Shown piece after piece: positions 1 through 8,516 of a stretch of 58,119 nt of DNA. Each line of letters starts with the position of its first letter. The first letter of the stretch is position 1. Source of the stretch: a virus (Duplodnaviria; Caudoviricetes); the IMG/VR virus record IMGVR_UViG_3300042564_002254, positions 1-58,119 of that record. One strand, written 5' to 3'. The notes under the pieces are model-generated. The model made no database searches, had not been told where the DNA came from, and saw only the letters and a program-made list of their open reading frames with translations. The position numbers were made by a program, and so were the translations under genes.

Positions 1-2
1 GT

Positions 3-602
3 CGTATGGGAGAGATGGCAAGACTAATCTCTAAACAGGGTGTAGCACCAGTAATCGTGGATTTTGTTTGTCCTACAGACTTAACTCGTGCAGCATTTGG
101 TAAGCCAGATATTTTAATTTTTATGGATACAATTGCTGAGGGTCGTTTTGACGATACAAATAAAATGTTTGAGCGTCCAGATGAAGCCGATTTTTATTTT
201 ACTAATCACGAACAAAATGCTGAAGAAAAGGCATCTCGTATTATTAAAAAGTTTGGGCTACACGATTGGTCTGCGCCTACAACTCTTATGCTGGGTAGGT
301 ATCAGCCTTGGCACGAGGGCCACCACGCCCTTTATAAGGAGGCTGGCAAGAGAACTGACCAAGTACTTCTTGGAGTCCGCAATACCTACAATACAAGCGA
401 AAAGGATCCACTTAAGTTTGATCAGGTAAAAGAATATATTGCCAAGGATGAATTTATGGATGGTGCATTAGTACTAAGACTACCTAACATTACCAACATT
501 GTATATGGTCGTGATGTAGGATATAAAATTGAGCAAGTAGACTTGGGGGCAGATATCCATGCTATTTCTGCTACGCAAAAGCGTAAGGAAATGGGTATAT
601 GA
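3..602 (+). CDS. APS (adenylylsulfate) kinase-like domain fused to HxGH nucleotidyltransferase; 5' truncated by window edge
   Basis: Frame is open to the window start. VIVDFVCP and DTNKMFERP resemble the C-terminal half of CysC; GRYQPWHEGH is an HxGH motif, and the protein ends in ISAT. Confidence 0.65.
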   Translation, partial: RMGEMARLISKQGVAPVIVDFVCPTDLTRAAFGKPDILIFMDTIAEGRFDDTNKMFERPDEADFYFTNHEQNAEEKASRIIKKFGLHDWSAPTTLMLGRYQPWHEGHHALYKEAGKRTDQVLLGVRNTYNTSEKDPLKFDQVKEYIAKDEFMDGALVLRLPNITNIVYGRDVGYKIEQVDLGADIHAISATQKRKEMGI

Positions 603-802
603 ATGTAACCAAACAAAGATCAGCATTAAAAGCAATTACTTGGCGTATAATTGGAACAGCAGACACATTTGCTATTGCTTGGCTTATAACCAAAGAGCCA
701 GTAACAGCAGGGGCAATTGCAAGTTTTGAGGTATTAACTAAAACAATTCTTTATTACTTCCATGAGCGTGGTTGGAATAAAATTAAATGGGGGAGAAAAT
801 AA
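599..802 (+). CDS. DUF2061-like small membrane protein
   Basis: RSALKAITWRIIGT...LYYFHERGW pattern, two hydrophobic segments. Confidence 0.75.
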   Translation: MNVTKQRSALKAITWRIIGTADTFAIAWLITKEPVTAGAIASFEVLTKTILYYFHERGWNKIKWGRK

Positions 803-1209
803 TGTATGAATACTATGTAAGAAAAGTAGAGAATGTTGTAGATGGAGATACCATTGATGTTCTTATTGATTTAGGGTTTGATATTCTGTTTCAATCCCGT
901 GTGAGATTGGCTGGCATTGATACTCCTGAGTCACGCACAAAGGACCTTGCTGAAAAGACACTTGGACTTGAATCTAAAGAGTATCTAAAGAAGCACATAA
1001 AGGATGCTAAGTCTGTTATTATTAAAACTGAAAAGATGGACTCGTCTGAAAAGTATGGCCGTATTCTTGGTTGGCTGTATGTTAATGGAGACACTGAATC
1101 TGTTAACGATAAAATGATCAATGATGGCTATGCGTGGGGATATATGGGAGACACAAAGGTCAAAGATTTTGAGGCTTTGAAGAAGGCAAGAGCAAAGTCA
1201 GGTAAGTAA
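802..1209 (+). CDS. Thermonuclease (SNase-like) family protein
   Basis: VVDGDTID, RVRLAGIDTPES and KYGRILG motifs; ATG at 802 overlaps the upstream stop. Confidence 0.85.
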   Translation: MYEYYVRKVENVVDGDTIDVLIDLGFDILFQSRVRLAGIDTPESRTKDLAEKTLGLESKEYLKKHIKDAKSVIIKTEKMDSSEKYGRILGWLYVNGDTESVNDKMINDGYAWGYMGDTKVKDFEALKKARAKSGK

Positions 1210-1430
1210 TGGATATCAAGAAGCAAGCACTTCTAGATCATCTGCTAAATCAAGGAGCCATTCAGATGGCTGATATTGACTATGAAGGAAATGTACTTTA
1301 TAGTATTACTGATAAGTTGCAGCAGGTTCATCCAGATTTATATGCAGAACTAAAAGAGCAGTATGAAGACCATATGTTTAAACTAATCAAGAAAGGTCCT
1401 TCTACAATGAACTGGAGAATCAATGTCTGA
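1209..1430 (+). CDS. Hypothetical protein, paralog of the next gene
   Basis: Shares L..GA......D..G..LY..TDKL..V.P.L with 1423..1755. Confidence 0.6.
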   Translation: MDIKKQALLDHLLNQGAIQMADIDYEGNVLYSITDKLQQVHPDLYAELKEQYEDHMFKLIKKGPSTMNWRINV

Positions 1431-1755
1431 AGCAGGGGATAGAATTGAAGAGTTAATCTTAAGTGGAGCACTTGAGGTTTCTGGGGTAGATATTGATACT
1501 GGTGAGATGCTTTACAATTTTACAGATAAACTAAAAGATGTTAGTCCTGAACTATTTAAAGATATGTCTGATTATATTTCTACAGAAACAATGTTTTTAT
1601 GGGCTGAGGGGTTTTTAGACATAGATGTAACTGAAAAAAATCCTATGGTTAATATTACCAAAAAAGCATTAGATGATGAAGAAATATCAAAACTAAGCAA
1701 AGAAAACCAGAGAACTCTAAAAGAAATAATTAGAATTATTCTTTCAGATAGGTAG
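1423..1755 (+). CDS. Hypothetical protein
   Basis: Tightly packed 110 aa ORF in operon. Confidence 0.65.
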   Translation: MSEAGDRIEELILSGALEVSGVDIDTGEMLYNFTDKLKDVSPELFKDMSDYISTETMFLWAEGFLDIDVTEKNPMVNITKKALDDEEISKLSKENQRTLKEIIRIILSDR

Positions 1756-1776
1756 TATAATTGTTCTGGAGGAACT

Positions 1777-2196
1777 ATGGAATATTTTTTAGGCTCAGTT
1801 TTAACTATGATAGCAATGTTTATAACAACACGCTTAATTTCTTTTGAAAAGAAAACAGTAAAAGATAATCCTTTTAGGTATAGTCAAAGCCATATACACG
1901 AAACAATATCTCCATTAATCCCAGATTTAGTATTTTATAAAAAAGAAATACTTAGGCAATCTAGCAAGCACGAAGAAAAAACAAATATTAAGGTTGTTAT
2001 TTTTGACAACAAGGCTTATTTTGTTAAGGATGGAACCTTCTATTGTGCAGAAATGCACGGTACAGAGATAGACGGAGCCAATGCAACTCTAGTTGACACA
2101 ATGGGTATGGATAAGGTACAATTAGATAAGATGCTGTTTATAATGGATCAACTTAGAGATGGGAAGAAAAATGATAGTGGGGATTCAAGGAACTAG
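1777..2196 (+). CDS. Hypothetical protein with N-terminal TM segment
   Basis: GGAGG RBS, TATAAT just upstream, hydrophobic N-terminus. Confidence 0.65.
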   Translation: MEYFLGSVLTMIAMFITTRLISFEKKTVKDNPFRYSQSHIHETISPLIPDLVFYKKEILRQSSKHEEKTNIKVVIFDNKAYFVKDGTFYCAEMHGTEIDGANATLVDTMGMDKVQLDKMLFIMDQLRDGKKNDSGDSRN

Positions 2197-2521
2197 TGGT
2201 TTTGATGACTACCAGGTTTTTCTTAGAGCCATGGCAGTAACGATGTCTTCCTTAAAAGAAGATGATCCGTATTTTTATCTTTACTCTGCAGGACCAGCAA
2301 ACATTAACTCAATGGCTATGGAGTTTGCCAATCTCTCAGAAAGAGGCCTTAAGGCTCGTGGCAAAAGCATTAAGTACAAGCCTGTACCACCTTGGTGGAT
2401 TACAGAAAACATTTTAGACATAAACTACTTTGCCTTTTTAAGTAAAGAAAGAGAACAGGTTTCTAAACTTGTTGATGAAGCAAAAAATAATAATGTCGAA
2501 TACGGCATTTTCCGATACTAA
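2171..2521 (+). CDS. Hypothetical protein, possibly SLOG/YspA-like fold
   Basis: N-terminal IVGIQGTSGFDDYQVF resembles the YspA/DUF2493 start; weak. Confidence 0.45.
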   Translation: MIVGIQGTSGFDDYQVFLRAMAVTMSSLKEDDPYFYLYSAGPANINSMAMEFANLSERGLKARGKSIKYKPVPPWWITENILDINYFAFLSKEREQVSKLVDEAKNNNVEYGIFRY

Positions 2522-2534
2522 CAGAAAGAACAAA

Positions 2535-2744
2535 ATGCAAATTAAATCATTAGAACAAATGGAAACAATTGTAAAAAGCAATAAGGCTTTGATGTGGGAC
2601 GGTTGGACAGTAGTAAACTCTTATCCTTCTGAGAAGGGTAGAACAGCCCCACAAGGGGCATTCGTGGATGGTAAATGGCATCTACAGCGTCGTTTTGTAC
2701 CTTCTAAGAGTGGATGGGATATACCAGACAAGTTTGTGAGTTAA
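2535..2744 (+). CDS. Hypothetical protein
   Basis: ATG at 2535 after purine-rich leader; ends just before whiB. Confidence 0.6.
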   Translation: MQIKSLEQMETIVKSNKALMWDGWTVVNSYPSEKGRTAPQGAFVDGKWHLQRRFVPSKSGWDIPDKFVS

Positions 2745-2745
2745 T

Positions 2746-3030
2746 ATGCCAAAGCACGAATGGAAAGATGATGCTTTGTGTTTAGATTATGATACAAATA
2801 TATTCTTTGAAAAGTATGAAGATGATGAACTATTAAGACCTGCAGTAGACAAACTTTGTTCTATGTGTCCAGTGTCTAAGATGTGCTTTGCTGTTGGAGT
2901 CTCACAAAAAGAGTGGGGTATCTGGGGTGGAGTTTATCTTGAAGGTGGGCAAATATCTAAAGAGTTTTCTAAGCATAAGTCTAAATCAGACTGGGCAAAT
3001 ACTTGGCAAAGATTAACAACGGAGCAATAA
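2746..3030 (+). CDS. whiB: WhiB-family Fe-S transcription factor
   Basis: W...A.C, FF, CxxC-x5-C (LCSMCPVSKMC) and GIWGG turn. Confidence 0.9.
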   Translation: MPKHEWKDDALCLDYDTNIFFEKYEDDELLRPAVDKLCSMCPVSKMCFAVGVSQKEWGIWGGVYLEGGQISKEFSKHKSKSDWANTWQRLTTEQ

Positions 3031-3031
3031 A

Positions 3032-3268
3032 ATGTATACAGATTCAATGAGACGAGCATTTCGTTCACTTAGAGGGCCAAAAGGTTTTCAACTTCAGATA
3101 GTTGATCACGATAATTTCTTAACAGTAAAAGCAAGTGAAAAAGAATTTATGAGTCTTTCTGGAGAAGAAAGAAAACAGGCTGTAGAATATATGATTCGTG
3201 CAAAAAAAGCACTAGAAGATAACGGAGCAATAGTTTTATTAGTCAGAGAAGGCGGTAAAGAGTTATGA
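3032..3268 (+). CDS. Hypothetical protein
   Basis: Operon-packed ORF. Confidence 0.65.
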   Translation: MYTDSMRRAFRSLRGPKGFQLQIVDHDNFLTVKASEKEFMSLSGEERKQAVEYMIRAKKALEDNGAIVLLVREGGKEL

Positions 3269-3690
3269 TTGAATTAGTTGCATTTTCTATTTTTACTATT
3301 TTCTTTTTTATGTTAATATTTAAAAATGTTACATTAAACATAAAACTATCTGAAAGTAGAATGGAAGTTATAAGGGCGCACTTAGATAAAACAATAATAT
3401 CTGAAAAGTTAGTAGAGGTATCTGAGAAAAAAAATAAACTAGATGACCCATCATCAGAGGCATTTCTAAAATTTGTCTCAGATTCTAGAGACTGGGCTTA
3501 CCAATATATAGATGAGGTTCAGGAGTCTTTAAATAAGTTTATTACTGATATTGAGCCTGAGATAGCATATTTTGACGAATATGGGGTTGTAGGAACAGCA
3601 TATCCACATTATTACTCTATGAAGAAAATTTCTGAGTCATACAAAGAATTAAAGAAAGTAATGCCAGAACACTATGATAGAATAGAGTAA
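3265..3690 (+). CDS. Hypothetical membrane-anchored protein
   Basis: N-terminal TM helix, ATGA overlap. Confidence 0.65.
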   Translation: MIELVAFSIFTIFFFMLIFKNVTLNIKLSESRMEVIRAHLDKTIISEKLVEVSEKKNKLDDPSSEAFLKFVSDSRDWAYQYIDEVQESLNKFITDIEPEIAYFDEYGVVGTAYPHYYSMKKISESYKELKKVMPEHYDRIE

Positions 3691-3838
3691 TAATGATATT
3701 TAAAAATAGAAAAAATCTCAACCTGCTTATATGCGAAGAAGAATTTTGTGAAGACGAAAGCACACAGATATGGGCGAGTAGTGAAAGTAAGATTGTAGAT
3801 CTTTGTGATTTACATTATAGTCAAGCGAGGGGTATGAA

Positions 3839-3997
3839 ATGAAAGACATTTTATTATCAACACTAACAGGTTTTGGGTGTGGCATTGTATTTGCTGCATT
3901 CAAATTGCCAGTACCAGCACCACCAGTTTTTGCGGGAGTCGCAGGAATTATTGGTCTATGGATTGGCTTTACAGTACTAACAAAAATAATATCCTAG
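3839..3997 (+). CDS. XapX/DUF1427-like small membrane protein (not in ORF track)
   Basis: Translates MKDILLSTLTGFGCGIVFAAFKLPVPAPPVFAGVAGIIGLWIG..., with the characteristic LPVPAPP motif. Confidence 0.75.
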   Translation: MKDILLSTLTGFGCGIVFAAFKLPVPAPPVFAGVAGIIGLWIGFTVLTKIIS

Positions 3998-4007
3998 GAG
4001 GAAAATT

Positions 4008-4316
4008 ATGAATGAACAAATTAAAGCAGTACTAGCGTCATACGGAAGATCAGTTCTTGGAGCAGCAACAGCGTTGTATGCATCTGGAGTTACAGATCCA
4101 CAGACATTGGCATACTCACTACTTGGTGCACTCGTGCCCGTGATTTTGAGAGCAGCCAATCCATCAGACACAGCGTTTGGCAGAATGCCATCTGTAGAAG
4201 ATGTAGATAAGGCAGTTAAGTCTGCTAAGGTAGTAAAGAAGGCTGCAAAGAAGGCTCCTGCAAAGAAGTCTACTCGTGGCGGTGGCGGTTCAAAGCCTCA
4301 CACAAACACTCTATAA
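4008..4316 (+). CDS. Holin-like membrane protein with Lys/Ala-rich tail
   Basis: AGGAGG RBS, two hydrophobic helices, KKAAKKAPAKK tail. Confidence 0.5.
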   Translation: MNEQIKAVLASYGRSVLGAATALYASGVTDPQTLAYSLLGALVPVILRAANPSDTAFGRMPSVEDVDKAVKSAKVVKKAAKKAPAKKSTRGGGGSKPHTNTL

Positions 4317-4346
4317 TCTATAGAATAAGATTAGCAGGCTTGTTAC

Positions 4347-4375
4347 TTGACAGGCCTGCTTTTCTATGCTATAAT
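4347..4375 (+). promoter_or_regulatory. Consensus sigma70/SigA promoter of hsp20, overlapping a terminator-like hairpin
   Basis: TTGACA-17 nt-TATAAT with extended TG; lies in the AGCAGGC...GCCTGCT TTT hairpin. Confidence 0.8.
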
Positions 4376-4406
4376 ATTTATACCTGCCCAATAGGGGGGA
4401 ATTAAC

Positions 4407-4429
4407 TTATTCGCTTGAAAGGGGAATAA
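4407..4429 (+). promoter_or_regulatory. ROSE-like RNA thermometer hairpin masking the hsp20 RBS
   Basis: TTATTC-GCTT-GAAA-GGG-GAATAA places UCGCU opposite the SD. Confidence 0.55.
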
Positions 4430-4430
4430 A

Positions 4431-4847
4431 ATGGTAACAAAGTATGCTATGGATCTATTCAATGATCCTTTTTTTATTGGCTTTAACAGAGAGTTAAATC
4501 GCCTAAACACTGCACATAAAACAAACTCACAATCATATCCTCCATATGATCTTATCAAACTAGATGAAGATACATATAAGATTTCACTGGCTGTTGCTGG
4601 GTTTTCTAAGGAAGATATTGATGTGTCCGTAGACAATGGAACACTCATTATTAAGGGTGATATTGTTGAGGTTACAGATGCAGAAGTAGTTCATAAGGGT
4701 ATCGCAGGAAGAAAGTTCGTAAGATCTTTTGCCTTGGGAGAGTATATGGAAGTAACTTCTGCAGAACTAAAGGATGGCATGCTACATGTTCATGTAGTAC
4801 GAATTGTTCCTGAAGACAAGAAGCCTAAATCTATTAAAATTAAGTAG
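4431..4847 (+). CDS. hsp20: Small heat shock protein Hsp20 (IbpA-like)
   Basis: YPPYDL, LAVAGF, HKGIAGRKFVRSF and LKDGML alpha-crystallin motifs. Confidence 0.92.
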   Translation: MVTKYAMDLFNDPFFIGFNRELNRLNTAHKTNSQSYPPYDLIKLDEDTYKISLAVAGFSKEDIDVSVDNGTLIIKGDIVEVTDAEVVHKGIAGRKFVRSFALGEYMEVTSAELKDGMLHVHVVRIVPEDKKPKSIKIK

Positions 4848-4859
4848 TATAATAGATAA

Positions 4860-4974
4860 CATTCCGCTATGAGACTTTAAAAGGTTTTACAACGGATGCT
4901 CTTATGAGAAGAGAGTTAGCAGGAGTTGAACCTTCGTGGCTAATAGACCTGAGCAGTCGTCTATAAACTGCTCA
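4860..4974 (+). ncRNA. Candidate structured RNA ending in a pseudoknot
   Basis: TATAAT ~7 nt upstream; stems CATTCCG/CGGATG, CTCTT/AAGAG, TTAGC/GCTAA, then a pseudoknot copy; no ORF. Confidence 0.45.
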
Positions 4975-4976
4975 TT

Positions 4977-5009
4977 ATTCATCTAAAGTTCCTTATTTGT
5001 TTACCACTT
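4977..5009 (+). promoter_or_regulatory. Putative PHO box (11-nt direct repeats) upstream of pstS
   Basis: ATTCATC/GTTCCTT/GTTTACC at 4977, 4988, 4999, resembling actinobacterial GTTCACC repeats. Confidence 0.5.
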
Positions 5010-5048
5010 ATAACAAAACTTTATAGAATTGTTAGATATACTATAACT

Positions 5049-6083
5049 ATGAAACTTAAACTATCGCTCATCGCAGCACTCGCTGCGTCATTTATTTTTA
5101 TTCCATCAGCATCCGCTTCAGATCAAATTACTGGTAGTGGATCTTCCTTTATAGCAAACTACCTTGACGCATGTCGTATCACTTATGCAAAATCAACAGG
5201 AAATACAGTAACATATTCATCACTTGGATCTGGGGCAGGAAGAAACCAACTGTCCAATAAAATAATAAATTTTGCTGGTAGTGATACTCCATTTGCTTCA
5301 GGTGAGCAACAACCAGAGGGATATGTTTATGTGCCATTCATTGCTGGCCCAATTGCAATAATGTACCGTCTTGATGGATACAATAAGCCAATACAACTCA
5401 GTAAGCCTACACTTGCTAAAATTTTTGCGGGACAGATAACAAAATGGAACCATAAAGAAATAGTTAAAGACAATACTATCAAAAACATAAAGCCAAAGAT
5501 TCCATCTACACCATTAAAAATTGCATTTAGAGCAGATGGGTCAGGAACCTCTCAAATATTTACTGAGTATTTTAATGCGGTGAATCCTAATATTTGGAAA
5601 AAGCCAGGAAATAAAGATTTTAAGGCTGCATTCCCAGGAACAATTCCAATAACAGCACAAGCAGGATCAGGATCTCACGGTGTTGTAATGCTTACAAGAC
5701 AGATGAATGGTGTAATAACATACGCAGAATTATCTTATGCGTCTGGTTTAAAGGTTGCTTTGATAGAAAACTCAGCAGGGAAATTTATAAAACCAAGCGC
5801 AAAGTCAGCATCTCAATTTCTTAGTAATTTCCAGCGGGGAGATAACGGGATTATTAATGCTAATTATAATAACCCAAACCCATTAGCATATAACCTATCT
5901 GCCTTTAGTTATATCATAGCCTTTAAAGAAAAAACTCCTAAAAATACTGCAGTTAAAGAGTTCCTATCCTTTTCAATAGCAAATTGTACAAAGGATGCAG
6001 TTAGGCTAGGATATGCACCACTGTCTGGTCCTGCACTAATCCTTGCTAGAGAAAAAATATCTGAGATAAGTTCTGGAAATTAA
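5049..6083 (+). CDS. pstS: Phosphate ABC transporter substrate-binding protein PstS
   Basis: Signal peptide; GSGSSF, GSGAG, FAGSD and RADGSGT motifs. Confidence 0.92.
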   Translation: MKLKLSLIAALAASFIFIPSASASDQITGSGSSFIANYLDACRITYAKSTGNTVTYSSLGSGAGRNQLSNKIINFAGSDTPFASGEQQPEGYVYVPFIAGPIAIMYRLDGYNKPIQLSKPTLAKIFAGQITKWNHKEIVKDNTIKNIKPKIPSTPLKIAFRADGSGTSQIFTEYFNAVNPNIWKKPGNKDFKAAFPGTIPITAQAGSGSHGVVMLTRQMNGVITYAELSYASGLKVALIENSAGKFIKPSAKSASQFLSNFQRGDNGIINANYNNPNPLAYNLSAFSYIIAFKEKTPKNTAVKEFLSFSIANCTKDAVRLGYAPLSGPALILAREKISEISSGN

Positions 6084-6099
6084 CTGATATAATATTATA

Positions 6100-6183
6100 G
6101 TCCCACACAGGACCTTAGTGATGGATTAGTTACCCATTGGATAGAGACCGTGGCGCAAGTCAGGTGAATTGCCTGTGTGGGAC
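6100..6183 (+). ncRNA. Candidate 84-nt structured RNA
   Basis: 12-bp terminal stem GTCCCACACAGG/CCTGTGTGGGAC starting ~7 nt after TGATATAAT; internal helices. Confidence 0.6.
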
Positions 6184-6210
6184 CTAACATTTGGCGGTAT
6201 AATAATATCA

Positions 6211-6477
6211 ATGACTGACAAAGAGTTGGAAAGTTATAATAAGCAGCAGTATAAGAAGATGCTTGCTAAGATAAAAGAGGATTCTGGCTGCGTAGACTGT
6301 GGTATCGGCAACCATATTATTTTAGATTTTGACCACATAAGAGACAAGAAATATAATGTATCAAGGATGATCCACGATGGGTTTTCTTGGAAGGCTATAA
6401 AGAAAGAAATTGAAAAGTGTGAGGTGGTTTGTGCCAACTGCCACAGGATCAGGACTCATAATAGGCTTGCTGGTTAA
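6211..6477 (+). CDS. HNH endonuclease
   Basis: CVDC...DFDH...CANCHRIRTH; leaderless start after GGTATAAT. Confidence 0.85.
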   Translation: MTDKELESYNKQQYKKMLAKIKEDSGCVDCGIGNHIILDFDHIRDKKYNVSRMIHDGFSWKAIKKEIEKCEVVCANCHRIRTHNRLAG

Positions 6478-6494
6478 TATGATATACTAATATA

Positions 6495-6818
6495 ATGATA
6501 GATGATTCAATGATGCCAACAAGCACTTACCAAGGCTGCGACTGTGAGACCTGCAAAGAACTTAATGTAGACTGCCCAGACTGCCCAATATGCTCTTCAG
6601 AGACCGACTCAGAGGTTGCTATGGCTATGTATGACTCATCAATTGGAAAGGCTGACCCGTGCTGGGAAGGTTATGTACAAAGAGGTATGAAGCCAGGAGC
6701 AGATGGTAACCCAGTTCCTAATTGTGTGCCAGTCACAAAATCTTTGTTTACTTCAATAAGAGAAGATGCAAAAGATTATTCAAAAGATACACGAATTACT
6801 AGTTTATTTAAGGACTAA
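6495..6818 (+). CDS. Cys-rich hypothetical protein with CWEGY...VPNCVP motif
   Basis: CxCxxC and CxxCxxC clusters plus CWEGYVQRGMK motif; own TGATATACT promoter. Confidence 0.6.
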   Translation: MIDDSMMPTSTYQGCDCETCKELNVDCPDCPICSSETDSEVAMAMYDSSIGKADPCWEGYVQRGMKPGADGNPVPNCVPVTKSLFTSIREDAKDYSKDTRITSLFKD

Positions 6819-6820
6819 TT

Positions 6821-6949
6821 ATGCCAAAGAAAAAAGCAACAGCCTTTAATCCAATTCAGATCAAAGATGGATGGATCGTAAGATTATATAAAGATGGTCG
6901 CATCAAGTCTAAAATTGCACCATACGAAGTAAAGCATCCTAAGAAATAA
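6821..6949 (+). CDS. Small basic protein (42 aa)
   Basis: MPKKKATAFNPIQIKDGWIVRLYKDGRIK...; AAGGA RBS. Confidence 0.55.
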   Translation: MPKKKATAFNPIQIKDGWIVRLYKDGRIKSKIAPYEVKHPKK

Positions 6950-6951
6950 AG

Positions 6952-7023
6952 CATCCCTGGTAGGATTCGAACCTACGACCTACACCTTAGAAGGGTGTCA
7001 CTCTTCCACTGAGTTACAGAGAT
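6952..7023 (-). tRNA. tRNA-Arg(UCU)
   Basis: Cloverleaf; anticodon arm ACACC-CT TCT AA-GGTGT; GGTTCGAATCC T arm; no encoded CCA. Confidence 0.9.
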
Positions 7024-7027
7024 ATTG

Positions 7028-7101
7028 TACACCAGGTAGGACTTGAACCTACGATAGCCGAATTATGAGTTCGGTGCCTTAACCAACTTGGCTACTGGTG
7101 C
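7028..7101 (-). tRNA. tRNA with CAU anticodon (Ile2 or elongator Met)
   Basis: CCGAA-CT CAT AA-TTCGG; C4-G69/C5-G68 pairs favour Ile2; not initiator-like. Confidence 0.88.
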
Positions 7102-7461
7102 TAGTCCTTATTTAATTAATAATCCAAAAAGAATTCCAATAACAAAAGAAAGCAATCCCACTGTCCAGTGATAATATGTTTTCATATGTTCTTTAATAAT
7201 ATATCTTTTTAAATCTTTTGATATTTGCTTTAAATCATCAGGATGTACCATAAAATAAACCTGCCTTTCTACGGATTAATTACTGACAATGCTCCAGAAA
7301 TTATTTGTTGCCTTATAAATTCCTGCTTACGCTCAAATTTTGATAGATGAGTTTTATCTTGTATTCTTTTCTTATTCTTATTTGCTCTTTTGATTTTATG
7401 CTGAGATACTTTATTATTTGATTTTTTCATATACTAATCATACCATTCTCTATAGTGTAAG

Positions 7462-7911
7462 TCAATTCTTTTTACCGTCCCAAGTTCCTATCTTTGTTGT
7501 AGGAATATTATGATCTTCCCACAACTTTATTACATTTGGATTATCATCTACAGCGTGAACAACATCCCATAGTTTAGTTATCTTATTAAGCATATCTTTC
7601 TTTGCTTCATAGTCTGGCCTGTTGTCATCATCTGCCCTCATAAATAGTCCGTGGGATCTAATGTTATTTTTTGCAAGCCACATAGAGGTTAGACCACGAT
7701 ATTTTTCTTTACGAGAGGTAACCACTAAGATTGAGCGCTGATCTGAGACAGCATTGTTTAACATTTCTACTACCTCTATGTTTGGCAGGGCATCTATAGA
7801 AGCCTCATGAAAGGCATCGTAGTCCCTATTAGAGCCACGAACAAGGTGTAGATAGGGATCTACATTGGCAAGGGTTCCATCTACATCAAATATGTATGCT
7901 GGAGGCTTAAT
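7462..7911 (-). CDS. HAD-family phosphatase (PNKP 3'-phosphatase-like), non-canonical start
   Basis: The frame upstream of the tracked ORF encodes FDVDGTLA (motif I); VTSR and VDD motifs lie downstream. Confidence 0.8.
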   Translation of the reverse strand: MKPPAYIFDVDGTLANVDPYLHLVRGSNRDYDAFHEASIDALPNIEVVEMLNNAVSDQRSILVVTSRKEKYRGLTSMWLAKNNIRSHGLFMRADDDNRPDYEAKKDMLNKITKLWDVVHAVDDNPNVIKLWEDHNIPTTKIGTWDGKKN

Positions 7912-8202
7912 CTTGATTAACCTTATATGTCATAATAAAATAACACGCTACATAGCCTGCAATAAAAGCAGGGATTATTAATAATAAATTAATCATTCAA
8001 AGTCCACCATTCTTTCCATTAGTTTAGTCATATAGTTATCTTTCCCTCTTGCTATATGTGCAGCAGCAAGACGCATACCTAGTGCATTTGTTACTGCTGG
8101 TTCAATAGGAAGGGCTTCAATCTCCCTTGCTATTTCTTCTCTTAGTGCCATTTCGTCTATGCTCATATATCCATTATACCTTTTTAAACGCTATCTGTCA
8201 AG

Positions 8203-8274
8203 TAGCCCCAACGGGAATCGAACCCGTCTTTACGCCGTGAAAGGGCGTTGTCCTAACCGATAGACGATAGGGCC
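8203..8274 (-). tRNA. tRNA-Glu(UUC)
   Basis: ACGCC-CT TTC AC-GGCGT anticodon arm; GGTTCGATTCC T arm. Confidence 0.9.
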
Positions 8275-8279
8275 AATTA

Positions 8280-8516
8280 TTATAAATCTATTTCGTAGTA
8301 TGTTCCCCACCAAGAATAAGGCTTATTTAGATAATGCCAAACCTTACTATGAAATTTAAAACGGTATCCAAAGTTTTCTTGATCTTGTAAGGCAAATGCT
8401 TTAACTACACTGTTGCCAGCAATCTCACCACATAGATTACCTATCCATCTAAGAGGAAGTATCTTTGTTCTCTGGTGCTTGGTAATCTTTTTGAGGTACC
8501 CATCTGATTTTGCCAT
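8280..8516 (-). CDS. Hypothetical protein
   Basis: AAGGA RBS; fits run of minus-strand genes. Confidence 0.55.
   Translation of the reverse strand: MAKSDGYLKKITKHQRTKILPLRWIGNLCGEIAGNSVVKAFALQDQENFGYRFKFHSKVWHYLNKPYSWWGTYYEIDL

Noticed and set aside
6169-6210. Extended TTG start for the HNH gene
   Set aside because: It overlaps the RNA stem and the promoter; ATG 6211 fits a leaderless start.
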